A DNA stretch of 64,000 nucleotides from Orbicella franksi (GCA_964199315.1 OZ116700.1:2232001-2296000); one strand, 5' to 3'. Shown: positions 1 to 12,560, numbered from the stretch's first letter. Made by a program: numbers and translations. Notes: generated by a model not told the origin, from the letters alone.

Positions 1-259
1 ACGTGCGTTTATTTTCTGACACTTTCTGTCATATTATAAGCCGTTAGATTATCAGGAGAAGAAAGATTGCTGCAAATTTTTAGTCTTTACCTCCAGCACC
101 AGATTTTCCAAAATTTTCACAAACGCAATCCGAACAGACGTTTCCTCTCTCGTAATAAAACGAAGATAGCCGAATCTTTCCGAAAATGTCCGAAATGTTC
201 CCGAATTGACATCGGTTCTCGTCGGATCCCTTGGCTGTTTGACACATGAGGCTCGAGGT

Positions 260-326
260 CCACCTTGTTCCCAGGGTCTTTTCCCTGGCTTGGGGGTGGG
301 GAAAAAAGACCCTGGGAACGAGGTTG
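260..326. mobile_element. 67-bp palindromic MITE (CAACCTCGTTCCCAGGG...CCCTGGGAACGAGGTTG family) with 9-bp TSD
   Basis: Arms ccaccttgttcccagggtctttt and aaaagaccctgggaacgaggttg are inverted. An exact direct repeat GCTCGAGGT lies at 251-259 and 327-335. Confidence 0.9.
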
Positions 327-750
327 GCTCGAGGTAAGCTGGGTGTCATTTACTGGGTACATATGAGACTGTATAACTTGCATACACTTTAGGACCAGTA
401 ATAGTCAATTTATTACACGTTTCCAGGTGTACAGAACACAAAAGCCTGGAATTTATTTCTGTTGGATTAAGCCTCAGTTGAAATTCTTCTCAAGACAACT
501 TACCAGCCATCTTACTGACCCTGGCTTCCTTCTAATTTTTTTTTTTTTTTTTCATTTCCACCACGTTGTTCCCCAAGGTACAAATAACATTTTACCATCC
601 ATAATCTCAGATTTGTTGGGTTTGTCCCATTATTTGGAGGTTTTGTCCCTTTCCAACTCTAGCTGGTATCAAACCAGTCCCCTGCAGTGCCTCTATGAAC
701 CATGTGTCTTGTCTGAGAAATAACTGGCGAATGGATTTGGTATAGAAATT

Positions 751-1127
751 AACAATTATTCCACGAGCGCGCGTTGGATATATAAACAATAACCTCGATT
801 TCGTACGAAAATATGTTAGGACATTTGACCGCGGACATTATATCGTCCGAGCGTAGCTCAAGGAAAACTGTGAGCTTTGAGAAACACATAACGTCCAAGA
901 ACAGATATCCGAGCATATTTTCGCGCCAAATGGAGGGCATGTTTATTATACTTCACCTGACTTCAAATGTTTTTCTCAACCCGCACAGTTTAGAAAATTG
1001 AGGTATTTCACTCGGATACTCCCCAGTTTTAGCTAGGACATATTCAGTCACGTGACACGTTTACACCAATCGCGCGCGAGCAAAAATATAGATAGCCAAT
1101 AAGGCGCGTAGCGCCGAGTTGACTTAA

Positions 1128-1158
<31 letters not shown>

Positions 1159-1166
1159 CAACTGTT
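751..1166. mobile_element. Non-autonomous DNA transposon (MITE) with ~31-bp imperfect TIRs
   Basis: Left end aacaattattccacgagcgcgcgttggatat (751-781) versus reverse complement of the right end aacagttgttccactcgcgcttgttggatat (1136-1166). Confidence 0.7.
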
Positions 1167-1545
1167 TTCAGGATTAACGCCCCCAAAATATAGAAAATTA
1201 AAATAAAAATGTCCGAAAGAATTACGCGTATGCCTATATTATTTGTAGTATACGCTTAAATCATTGCCCCTGAGGGAAACAATTTTGTTTTCTCAAGAAT
1301 CTCGATGTTTCGCGATTCTCGGGACCAGTAATTAAGTGTTTTGTTATATAGCTGGAGTTTAATGTAAAGTAACAACGGCAAGAAGAAGTCAAAGTAACCT
1401 CTGGTTGTTGGGAGAGCGGGCGACATATAGGTTTAGCCATTGCCACGAGATCATAAATTAACCAATAGGAGCTCACATTAGACTAAACTAAACCCAAGTT
1501 TTATAACAAGTGATCCTACACCCTGATCGCTAAACTAATAAACAC

Positions 1546-1579
<34 letters not shown>

Positions 1580-2279
1580 TTCACAAGACTATGAAGCTGA
1601 GCAAGGCATTGACAAGGACTGCTATGCTAGGACCACAGTGCATGTAGTGATACGTTTCTCACACTATTGCTGTCATGTACAATACTACAGAAATGCGTTC
1701 ACGCACATTTCGTTTAATGCCGTTTTCCCTCTTTCTCCCAAGTTGGCAGAAGAGATTTCTGCTTTTTTTAATGCATGCAGTTGCCAGAAGAGAAACAAAA
1801 ACAAGATCGATAAAACAATATTGAACTTGATATGTAGCCTGATATTTTGGCTTGAAAAAAACAAGTCTTCTACGAGGGCTAATTTCTGGCGCTATAATTG
1901 ACTTAACCCTGTGACAAATGGTGGGTTCACATTTAAATCTAGGTATATCTAAAGCAATGAGTGGAGTTAACTGATAGACTGTATGTTTTAATTTTGTCTG
2001 AGTGAAGTCTTTATCTACCAGTTCCTTGAAATGAAAGCAGAGAATACACATGAACCTTTGGAGCTATATGTATCGTTCCGTCACGCTCCACTTGGCCAAT
2101 CACGATCTCGCACACAAACTCGAGATTTCAAGACGAAGATTTTACTCCAACCAAATGTCACTATGTAGCAAATGGCTAAAGCTGGATGTTATTTTTTTTT
2201 TTTTTAGTCGATGCAAAACATTGAAGAAAACATTGGCCTTGAATGTGTTTGTTTTGCCTTTGTGATATTGTGAACTGAC

Positions 2280-3902
2280 CTGTAGCTGGGTAAACATGAG
2301 GTCTTTGAGCTGAACCCAGAAGGAAACTATACTACATCACGCCGGAAAGATATTATTTATGTATAAAGTTAATTATTTGTAAGCCATGTAATTCAGCCTG
2401 AAATTTAATGAGCTCGTAAACACGAATTACGGCTTTTTAGCGGTCGTCTGCCATACGACCTAAAAATCTATATACATTCCTTGCATCTGAATTCCAATTC
2501 TGCATAAAACAAGTCCTTGAACAACTTTAGCGGGAGGAAAAGTAGCAAAAGATGAAAAAGAACTGAAATTGTTTTAGAGTGAACAACGTAAATGATACGC
2601 GACTTTGTCACAACTTGATAAATCCAGTGAAAATCTATCCAGATGGGATGTACGAATGTATCTGTTTATAACAGTAGTAAAACACGGTATTGCAAGTAAT
2701 ATATTCCATCTGCCTGCCTGCTGACCAAGCGGCTTATGGCATGCACAGTACTGAAAATACTAACTCTCTAGGTCGACCTCTCAAGGTCACCATAAAAACC
2801 TGCTATCATTTTCATACACATTTTTCAAAATATGATATCTATTCTTTTTTTTAACGTGATATTATCAGGTCCGTCGTTTTCATGACCTGTGTTATGAAAT
2901 TATGATTAAAAGAAGCTGAAGGGAAGCAGATAGGCACTAGTGAATCAACACCACTTTTTATCAGAGCAGCTGATTGCTGAGTTGCTTGATTATCTCGCCG
3001 ATCTAACGATTTTGAATGTCGCTTCATCTTGGCTCCGTTTTCATGTTACAAAGTCAGTCACCGAAACACTTTTTTTTGCGAGAGTAATTACCAGTTTACT
3101 CTGCCCTTAATCATTTATTCAAACGTTGCTTGTAATTAAAAATTAATTGCACGACTCTGTATATTACAGAGGGCTGAAACTGTGTATGAGATACACCTTC
3201 AACATAAAGATTGTTCTTTTCGAAAACAATTTTTACTGCCCAGTTCGGGCAATTTTCGCCAGCTAATTGTACGACCTCGACAAATATGTACTTTTCATTG
3301 AATTCGATGACAAACATAGCAAAACAAATAAATGCGATATTAATAATACATCGAAAATAAAGACATGGCAAAATTCAAATTGAAGATTTCAGCAAGAGAT
3401 GGAATTAAATCTTGCCTCGTAAAATCCTCAAATACGAATCGCCCACTAGTTGATAACCATTGAAAAGGTAAATAACTTGTAGTATTTACTGTTCTACCCT
3501 GGAGGGTCATTGTATAGGTAAATCTCGGAGGGGGGACAAAAGCTGCTTTCAAAGCCGATTTCTAATTCAATTATTTCTCGAGTCATCAAGAGCACTCACA
3601 ATATATATATTTTTTAATAATCCGCCTGGGTATTATGGGGCTTCGCTAGCTTACCTCGTAAACTCAGGTCGGTTAACTCCGTTATGCCGGTCAACCTGCG
3701 TGATTGTTTGTCTTCTATCGAGGTCCTTGGCTGTTCTGTAAACTGGTTGAATGAAAGGCTTGTGCCTGACATCTGCTCTACTCAAATTCTCTGGCTCCCT
3801 GCTTCTGAAATCCACGAACTGCGGCTCACCTCGGCTGTCCATTCGAGGGGCGAACATACTTCCTGGGAGAGAATTGGCACCGTGAACGACGCGCAAATCC
3901 AT
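2280..3902 (-). CDS. Uncharacterised multi-exon gene, first two coding exons (3' part unresolved)
   Basis: Exon 1 is 3902-3655 (ATG to a phase-2 GTAAGC donor; MDLRVVHGANSLPGSMFAPRMDSRGEP...RPEFT). Candidate exon 2 is 2326-2280 (TAG acceptor, GTCAGT donor, stays in frame: SFLLGSAQRPHVYPAT). Downstream exon-like segments near 710-560 contain stops. Family not recognised. Confidence 0.5.
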
Positions 3903-4599
3903 TTCAAACTATTAAATAGGCGCCTGTATTTCCCTCGCTGTAGTATTTTCCCCACCGGTGGATAACGCCGTCAGCAGCAAGCAGCTGCTAGTTGCTTGTG
4001 ACTCTATCAGTTCTGATTTGGAGTGAATTTTGATGTGCCGTGTGTCTTACGTAATTAATGGCCTCCACAACCAAATGAATTGGCGTTCAAATTGATGCCC
4101 TGTTTGATCAAGTTACTCTTTGACTACTCTTACATAAGTCTTCTTGTCAAGTTGCCGTTTAAAAATATAAACCGCTGGATATAGTTCACAGTAGAATGCA
4201 TGCATTACACGCCAGATGGGCGAATATTTTATTGTTCAAAATGGCATGCTTCCTCGTGTATAATTTATGTCGACTGAAACTTTTTTTTTTCCTTTGCACG
4301 GTCGAATTGCAGCCGAAAAATATAACTTAAAAAATTCGCCTATTTTCAGTCGAATCAAATCTGTTGGAAAACACCTTAAATTCACGGACCAGCCTGTGGG
4401 AAAAACTCTGCAAATGTTATGGAGTAACCATTAAAAGTCTCGACCAATAGGAAAGCAGGAAATCGCCACCGATCGGAAGCTAATTGAGAATTTAACGATT
4501 TTTTTGCTTTCTTTGGGTGTAAAACTCGTGCCACAAAGCATGGTTTAATGTCATCAAGAATAACGCATTTTGTTCGGTACACGATGCTTACTCCCTTTT

Positions 4600-6450
4600 A
4601 TTTACAAACAATGTCAAGATATTGCTCGATTTAAGGTCTGGGTCGAACGATAACATTGTAAAAGAAATCTCAATTGTACTGTGATGTAAGCCATTGTTTT
4701 TCCAAACCACTAGCTTCGCAGGTGCATCGAACTTCAAACTCGATCCTCAGTTGACAACAAGTTATTCGATGCAGCGAATTTCGCCAGCTAATTAAAATCT
4801 TAGCAGATGTCCTTCTGGCAAAAACGCCACTACCTGAGATAATCGCGAACCACATCAATAATGAACGATCGTGAAACTCTAAGATATTGTTTTCCTTACG
4901 AAGGAAGCTTTTCTCCGGATATCTGAAAATTTAATGCTTGGTGAAACGACAGGTTGTGTCGAGATTCACCGAGAACACAACGAACGCAGTCAGACCGCTT
5001 GCAAGTAATTTTCGAACCTGCTTTCTGTTTAGTTACTCACGAGTACATGTGTGTCACACACGAAAACGGAAAATTTTTGAAACCTCGCCACGACTTGATC
5101 CCACTGGCGAGTAGTCTCGAACGGGAAAACAAGGAAATTTTATTCCTAAATAGCAGGAGCTGTTTCGCCATTCCGCCGAAAAAGCACAACTTTCCCGATA
5201 TGCAAATTTTGACATAGATTTCAACTTCACGAAACATCATTGAAAGGAAGCAAGAAATGATGTTATCGCTGTTTTGAAATCGTTCTGTTTCGGTTTTTAT
5301 GAACCCTTAAGCGCCGCCACTGATGCGAAACGTTACAAACAAGTGAAGGAGAAAATGAGGGAAAATGAACCGCGAAAAATACCTGAAATGTTTGCGAGCA
5401 TCCCTTCCTGTGCCTATATTTCCTTATGGCCTCTCTTAAGTCCATATGTTATCTCTATTGACAACAGCTCCTTTCACAAAAGAATTATTAAGCAAACTCT
5501 AATTAAAATATGCCAGCTGCATCAAACAATAGACGACGTCTTCAGAGGCCGAATCAATTTTGTTCTCCTTTGTAAACTCCGCGGCGTTTAGCCTGTCATG
5601 TGAATTAATCTCGCAGCTGACTCCGCAAAATGCCGGACGAAATCGCCACTGCCATCGGATAAAATTGAGCAGCCTAAACGCGGAGCTAGAAAATATTTCA
5701 TTATTCTCCAAGATAAATACTATGAGACATGGTCGGTGGCAAATCTGGTTTCCTAGAGACGTTATATTGTCTTCCTTTTCCGATGCAAAAATGTGGCATT
5801 AGTATAATTGTAACGTCTTTAAAATGTCATGAATTTCCTTGAAAACGATTTGACTTCTGTAAACATTCTATAGAATGGTCTTTTGTTCCTTTGTCAAGTC
5901 CGCTTTGGATCAAAATTTCTTCGCTTTGCCAGCGAAGGGAAAAAGCCTCTTCTGTTTGGTGACTGACTCGACCGAACGCAGGGCCCAAGGAAAGTCAGAG
6001 GTTTATTAGCGATGTCATGAATGACGGTTTTCGAGCAAAAAGACTTTTAATATGAGCATTACTTTCTCAAACTGAGCCACTAACTCTTTCAAACCTGAAC
6101 TAAAATTTTGGCTTATCACCGATAGTCGAGTGATTTAGCGGAGCAATTAGGTTACATCGTTTTCACTGAATTCGCTGTCTTGACAATAACACTTATCATA
6201 TCAAATTAGAGGACAATTTGTTTTGTGTGCAAAAGATCTGTAGCTCTGATTTCAAATCTTTTTAAACAAAGGACCACGCGATCCCTTTGTGCTGCACACA
6301 AGAATAGTCAAAACACGTCAATACATACAGCATGCGTCGTTTTTGGCGGAATGAGTTGTCCAAGTGTTATCTCCGACACTGTTAGGTAGCACGCTTTGTT
6401 GTTCAATTTCCCCAGTCTTTCTTTCCCCTTTTTCTCTTCTCTGCATGTGA
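4600..6450 (-). pseudogene. Decayed NACHT-domain (NLR-like) coding relic
   Basis: Translation across stops and frameshifts gives NACHT-like motifs in the expected order: LGPAFGRVS...LRW (~5988-5910, Walker A-like), LIVFILENNEI (~5726-5694, Walker B-like), LLNFIRWQWRFRPAFCGVS (sensor-1 region), HDR..AAEFTKE (FDR..xGF) and KLCFFGGMAKQLLLF (~5193-5149). All motifs are degenerate. Confidence 0.5.
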
Positions 6451-7306
6451 ACCTTCGGCCTTAAAAAGCTTTCTAATTATCCTCTGACTCACTTATGGAC
6501 TGAGGTCATTAGTTTATACCCGTCTGTGCACGGTACGTGAGCAAGAAGCTTTTTGAACAATCACCTTAACTTCTTAAGACTCCAAACTCAGTTCAATATT
6601 TGAACAAATGTCCGGTTTAAAAACACATTGAGAGCAAAATGTCAGAAATAGACCGTTACCATGGCAAGAGATAGCTGTTTTCCAGGAACTTTCTGAGGTG
6701 ATATATTAAAACTCTCTTTTATTATCTTTTGCAGAACAATGCCGTGCAACACTCGCTGAACAACGAGTTTAAAGATCTTGGATCGGTTTAAAACATAAAA
6801 CCTTGACAGCACGTGTAGTTGTCACTGACATGTGAGCCAAAATCTTGAAAAGGAAAACTGTCATAGTAGGTTTTTTAGCCCGGGAACTGAGCACTTTTCC
6901 AATTAAAGCTTAGGGCAATAAACATTTATGCTTTAGTGACTTACGTTCGATTCTTCCTTACAGTCTTAATATTATTTGCTTGCTTAGTTGCTTCGCGAAT
7001 TTACTCAGTGCCAGAGTTCTAACCTGTGTTTGTTAATTATAAGCAAGTGTGAACTATAGGCTGGAGTTGGAAAACGTTAAGTTAAGTTAAGTTAAGTTGA
7101 CCACTAACACACAGCTGAAGGGAGCTGTTTCATTCGACCTTGCCGAGCTTCGGTTGCAAGCCCCACCGCACACACCTAGATGAACAAGCAAGCCGATACA
7201 AAAAGTCCCAAATGTTAGTATACCATCAAATTTTGGCGTAAGGCAGTCATTTCGTGTTGTAAATCACGATGCATAATCATTCACTCTCCTTACCACATGT
7301 ATGTAC

Positions 7307-7478
7307 CAGTGGCAGATCCAGACCTTGAGCTAAGAAGGGGTGGGGGCGGGAGTTCTTTTGCTTCCCCTGCCGGCTTTTCTTCCCTCGTCTTTCTGTTTTT
7401 TTTTTTTTTAATTATTATTATTTTACCCAAACTAAGGGGGGGGGGGGGTAGCGGGTCCCTTCCCTAGATTCGCCACTG
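7307..7478. mobile_element. hAT-like MITE with 5-bp TSD
   Basis: TIRs cagtggcagatccag and ctagattcgccactg. TGTAC is duplicated at 7302-7306 and 7479-7483. Confidence 0.75.
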
Positions 7479-7817
7479 TGTACTTTGAAGTTCGAGCACT
7501 TGTTGTTTGACTCGTAACAGAACAGTTTACGTACACCGCTGGCTGGAGCGAGTCTGAACGGAGACTCAGATGCCGATCCTTATTCTGATTGGACAACACT
7601 ATGGATCGGATTTTCAATGGAATACGATCAGTAGATTTTCCAGTTTACATGTAATTTTACTTAAGAGATTTAACTACACCTGTGCACTCGAGAAACGAGA
7701 ATAAACCTCTTGTGGGTATATGTAGTGTCGTTGCGCATTTTTACTCGTCGTCTCAGAGACGTTGTCGCCAAGAAACTGCAGACCTCGAGAAACATACGTC
7801 GTAAAAGAGATGCTTAA

Positions 7818-8608
7818 GGGCCCATTAACCGATTCATGCGCGCGCTCGCGCGCGTTGCTAAGAAGGTGAAATTTCACTTCCGGTCACTTACGTCAGCCTG
7901 AGCACAGAAAATAAAAACAACTCAAAAACTTGCAAATTCGCATACATCTTAGATGTTTTTCTCTGTGTATCGCAAAATGCAAAGTAAAAAAAGTTCAAGC
8001 AAAGACAAAATAAGAGAAAGACAGAAAAACAAGAGCAATAGAAAGAGAAAAATTAACGCCTTGTGGCTTTGTTTGATCTTACCGAAGTGCGCTGGTAGTA
8101 TAAATTGCGCACGCGCTGATAGGGTAACTTCCAATAGATATCGGGCGCACTTCCGGTTTCTTTAAAAGCTAAAGGAAACGCGGTTTTTCATTAAATCCAG
8201 CCTTTTTCGACGAATTTCGATTAAAGCCAACGTTGGTAACATAACTATGCATTCCTTTCTCGAAATCATGCTTTTTTCAGAAAATTACGAATTTCTCAAT
8301 ATTTTGAAATGCTCTCAAAATCTGACCTTTTAGAAATGAAACAAAATCGATGCATATCGTAATGAGGATTTAAATTAAAATATTAAATAATGAAAAAACT
8401 CCCGAGAAAGTAATTTGCCTGGGAGCCTTTGCATTTTTTCTGTATTAGTCACATGACCATGGGCGTGGTCTGATGACGTCATCACTGGTGTTACTGACCA
8501 TGAAAAAGTTGAAACACATGAAATAACTCTGAACTAACTAAAAATGATGAGGTTATATGAGACTAAATTTTCCTTAGCAACGGCTCGAAAAGATCGGTTA
8601 ATGGGCCC
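7818..8608. mobile_element. Kolobok-type non-autonomous DNA transposon (791 bp)
   Basis: Perfect 16-bp TIR GGGCCCATTAACCGAT at 7818-7833 and 8593-8608, flanked by TTAA (7814-7817) and TCAA (8609-8612). A TTAA target with GG termini fits Kolobok rather than piggyBac, which begins CCC. Confidence 0.8.
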
Positions 8609-9478
8609 TCAACACTAAAATGTTTAAGAAGACACTAATTTCTTCATGGAATTCTAAGATCCAATTTTAATGGGGAAAATTCATGGACAATTTGATGTGT
8701 CGAGAGAACAGTAACGAGAAATGAAAAGAAAAACATTTGCATTCAGTTTTGAAAATCGATCACGGAATTTGAGGACTTGGCGCGCTGTTTTCAGGGAGCT
8801 TCGAGAGAATGTCAACTGATCGACCCCGTTTCGTCCGACAATACACTACGTATTTTTTCAGTCTTAAAAGAAATAGGAGATATTCTGGGTTTGAAACAAA
8901 TAATTAATTTCATCGTGGTGGTTTTTGCTATACACCCGGTGATATCAACGAGGGAAGTTAAAAATGATCTGCCGCTTAAAAAGAATAAACATTGCTTGTC
9001 ACAGCGTAACTTCCCGTTGAATTTAACATTTTGTTTCCTTTACAAGATGTTTCAGAAATAGTTATCTTCATAGTTACCGAAATTTGTAGAAAATAAGACT
9101 TTTTCGACATAATTAGATCCTTGTTTATTCGATTTGCATAAATGATCGCGTGTCTTTGCCCCATTAAACGAAAGGTAGACCATTTATACCCTGCCGTTTC
9201 GCGCTATTTTACTTTCATTATTGATCGTAAAACTGTTTTATTTGATACAAAACTCCAGAAAACAAAGAGACCGTGGTCTTTGAGGTTTGTAATTAACTAC
9301 GTAGTGTTTAAAATTTCTACCAATGGCAATCGACTTGAAGAAGCCTGTGTCGGGTTGCTTGGAAATTTTCGTCCAATACTCACAACATCTGCCCTCTTAG
9401 CAACTCGCCATCAACATCAAGTGTATTTTTTTCTTCCTTTCATAAATGTAAAGACAATTCTCTGAATCTGAAGCCGAC

Positions 9479-11300
9479 ATGACTCAAAGAAATTCCTTTT
9501 TACCCTCTATAAAGGGAGGCCGACTTTCATCTTCATCAAAAGCGGCCGTTATTTCTTCGTAAAAACAACGCTACGCAACGGGATTGATGTGGAAAAATCC
9601 GTCTTTGAAATATGCATGGGAAAATCAGAGGAATGGAAGGAAACAGCAGTTGGCTCAACTGCCAAACAGATCGCAATTATTCCGTAGTTACGATTACTCC
9701 ACACCTAAAACGAGTGAAATCACAACAACATTTCACATAAATGATTTCGTTCAAAATTATGTTCATAAGAGAGAGTTGGAATTGCCTCCAGTTAAGCGAC
9801 AGCAAAGTTCTTTGGTTAAAGAAAAGGTGGGGACACAGGAATGTTGCTATGCTAATAAGAAAATGCTCAAAGAAGTTAGCAGCTTGCCGCTCGAATTTAC
9901 CGAGGACGTAATTCATTTCAGAGCTGACCCGAGTTTATCTTCGTATTTCTCAGCGGACATGAAAGATCTGTACAATTTCAAAGACCTTTCCATTTCAACG
10001 AAGCAGCCGAGGAACAAAGACAAGTTGAAAGGAAATTCCAAACGGATCGTACCTCAAAGACACAAGCTTTGCATGCCAGATGACAAAAGCAAGGAGATGA
10101 AAATTCCACAGAAGTCAAAGTATACCTGGAGGAAAGAAACTGAAGAAAATGCTTTGACATATCAAGTCGGAAAATCAACGCATCTTTGGGAAAAGTATGT
10201 ATTGGGACTGATCAGTAAGCAAACAGCTCAATGGATAGCAAATCAGTGCTCTACTGGGGAACAGCGAGGCAGGCTGATCGGCTATTTGGACGAAAAATAC
10301 GAAATCAAAGATTTGGAGAAAGATGGAACAGCGACAGTCAATAAGATCTTGTCCGTGCATGATGACATCATATCGCTACCCAAGAAAGAAAAATGCGTCT
10401 CACAAGCCGAACCTGAAATTCTGAATAACGGTGCACAAAACAAGGAGGATTGAAAATTTCGGAGCTAGGGATTCGCCAGTATTTGGTGTACACAAGAACA
10501 TGGCTTTGAATGAAGCTGAAAACTGGCCCGAAAACTCTATCTACAAACAGATTGCACCTAAAAAAAACTGAATGGGATTCGCAGATTTCAGAGTCCATCC
10601 GGAAGACTGAAAGAAGCAAAAAGATGTTTCCCTTTATTGGAAAACTACATAGTATCAGTAAACATAATTTTGAATAAATGTTAGTCACTGTGACGGTGAA
10701 TCAATGTTAGTGACCTGTGACGAGGGAAATTAAAACATTTTGTTCACAGCCGGAGGGGAATAAAAGGTGTCAGTCATGCATCAAGGTGCCTGGTCTACAA
10801 TATAAGCGTTGTACTGGAACTGAGCTTATATTATAGCTGGTATACTCCATGTGAAGTGAATTAGTTAACATTTTGTAACGTGGAATGTGATGACTCTTTC
10901 CTCTTCGTGTAGATAATGTCCGTGAGAAGTGTTTAACGAGATTAGAATGGTTCAAAATGGGCAGGCGTAAACTGTGATTTTAGTGGCCGCTAAAGAAGTA
11001 GAAACAATTAGTTGACTGTAGGAAGTTAAGTGAAACTTATCAGAATTTGGAAATTCTTTGAACTGCCAGGCAACGTGAAGCACAAATCTGTATCGTGGAC
11101 ACACAGAGATTTCACTCGAGTTCTAGTTCGCGCCCTACATAGACAGTGGAGTAGAGGGACTTCAATCCAGACTTATCAGAGAACAGTGAAACTCACTCAC
11201 CACGAACAAGCTGCTCATATCATTTGCATACAGAAGTACGTCGATACTCTTCGCTGTTTCGTCCGCCGTAGATGCACCACAACTGAATTCGTTTAACACT
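9479..11300 (+). pseudogene. HEATR4: HEATR4-like 5' fragment, disrupted and truncated
   Basis: ATG 9479 is in frame with ORF 9584-10453 but has a TAA at 9560-9562. Recalled HEATR4 motif matches: LKEVSSLPLEFTEDVIHFRADP...DLYNFKDL, HLWEKYVLGLISKQTAQWI and, after frameshifts near 10425 and 10565, MFPFIGKLHSISKHNFE followed by a stop. Degenerate later exons at ~10750-10860 (VSVMHQGA) and ~11030-11150. No HEAT-repeat C-terminal exons seen. Confidence 0.65.
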
Positions 11301-11829
11301 ACCTGACATTGTTGCATGGTCCCTTGAATCTCTCCACAAAACAAAAACAAAGTCGTATTTTCCAGATTATTCTGTAGCTTACCACGATATGTAAACAATC
11401 AAGTGTAATTCAAATCTGAATTGTTTTTTAGCCTGACCGGCCGGTCGCATCGATATCGTTATATTATTCTAATTTATAAAATGAGCTCCTTTTCGCCCGA
11501 GGCACTTCGCCTATTCAAAAATTATCCCAGTCCAAGATGAACTAAATAAATATCATGTATACAATTCACTATCAAAGGAAATCATTTACTGTTAGTTTTG
11601 TTTACACCGAGTTGTTAAAGCACAAACAATGTATAAATTTAAAAAGAAACATTGATTTTGAAGAGCGAGGCACAGACTAAAAAGGTTCAGACTTCTGGGG
11701 TGATCATGATAGAATCGAGAAAGAGTTTGCTCGAAGAGCTGAGTTCTCTGCAGGTGAACTATCACATGGTTTCACTTTAACCAACCGGGTGGTAAGGAAT
11801 GTCTGACAAAACTCGGTCGAAAACTACGA

Positions 11830-12560
11830 TGTGTGTTTCCTTTAAGGATAAGTATCAGTAATCAACCTACCTCTTGATGAAAACCTGTGGAACATTTCTT
11901 CTGCCTTCAATGTGGCTTTCCTTCTGTCCAGTTGCAAGGTATTATTCAGTGTTGTTCAGCCACTTCTTGATTTTTTCCTAGAAAATTCAGCTGGACAAAT
12001 TTGGCAACTTGCCGAAGTCCTAAATTACAACTTCGTTACTTTGCATCCCGTAGTAACCATCACTGGAGTGAGAAATGGGTGATTTGCGAGTCGTAGAAAA
12101 CCTCAGTGAGTATAAATTAAACCGCGAGACATCTCCAAAGTGAAGATTCATCTCAAACAAGTGAAATTGCCGTCCAATTACACATATTTCATGAGATAAA
12201 TGAGCAGTCGAGTTGAAGCTTTGTGTTAACAACATTGCTCCAGGCTTTTTTGGTCACTGACGTCAAAGGAACAAAGCCCGCATGCTAGGAATGCAACCAT
12301 CCTCAAAATTATGTTTGACATGGTTCAGCGACAGTTCTAGTACTTTGAGGTGGAACTGTGTTACATAATTAACCCGAGCACCAAAATCAGCCGCTTAAAC
12401 GTGGTGGGCGAAAAACTAAGGAGGCTCTTAAATATGAGTCAACGGTTGAGCTATTCTTCCGACCAAAAATGCGTAGTGCCATACTAACGAGCTAGTCAAA
12501 ATAGCGCCGAAACCCGAAACAAAGGATTCTACTGAAGAAGCTAATCAATTTTAATTCCTG
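11830..12560 (-). pseudogene. Possible second NACHT/NLR relic
   Basis: Weak ordered motifs FVSGFGAILTSSL (~12523-12485), YV*LDG (~12189-12169), HPFLTPVMVTTG (~12083-12048) and AEFSRK. Many stops; a GTAGGT donor lies near 11830. Confidence 0.3.

Noticed and set aside
6655-6668. Near-perfect X-box GTTACCATGGCAAG
   Set aside because: Lies in repeat-like DNA far from any intact gene start.
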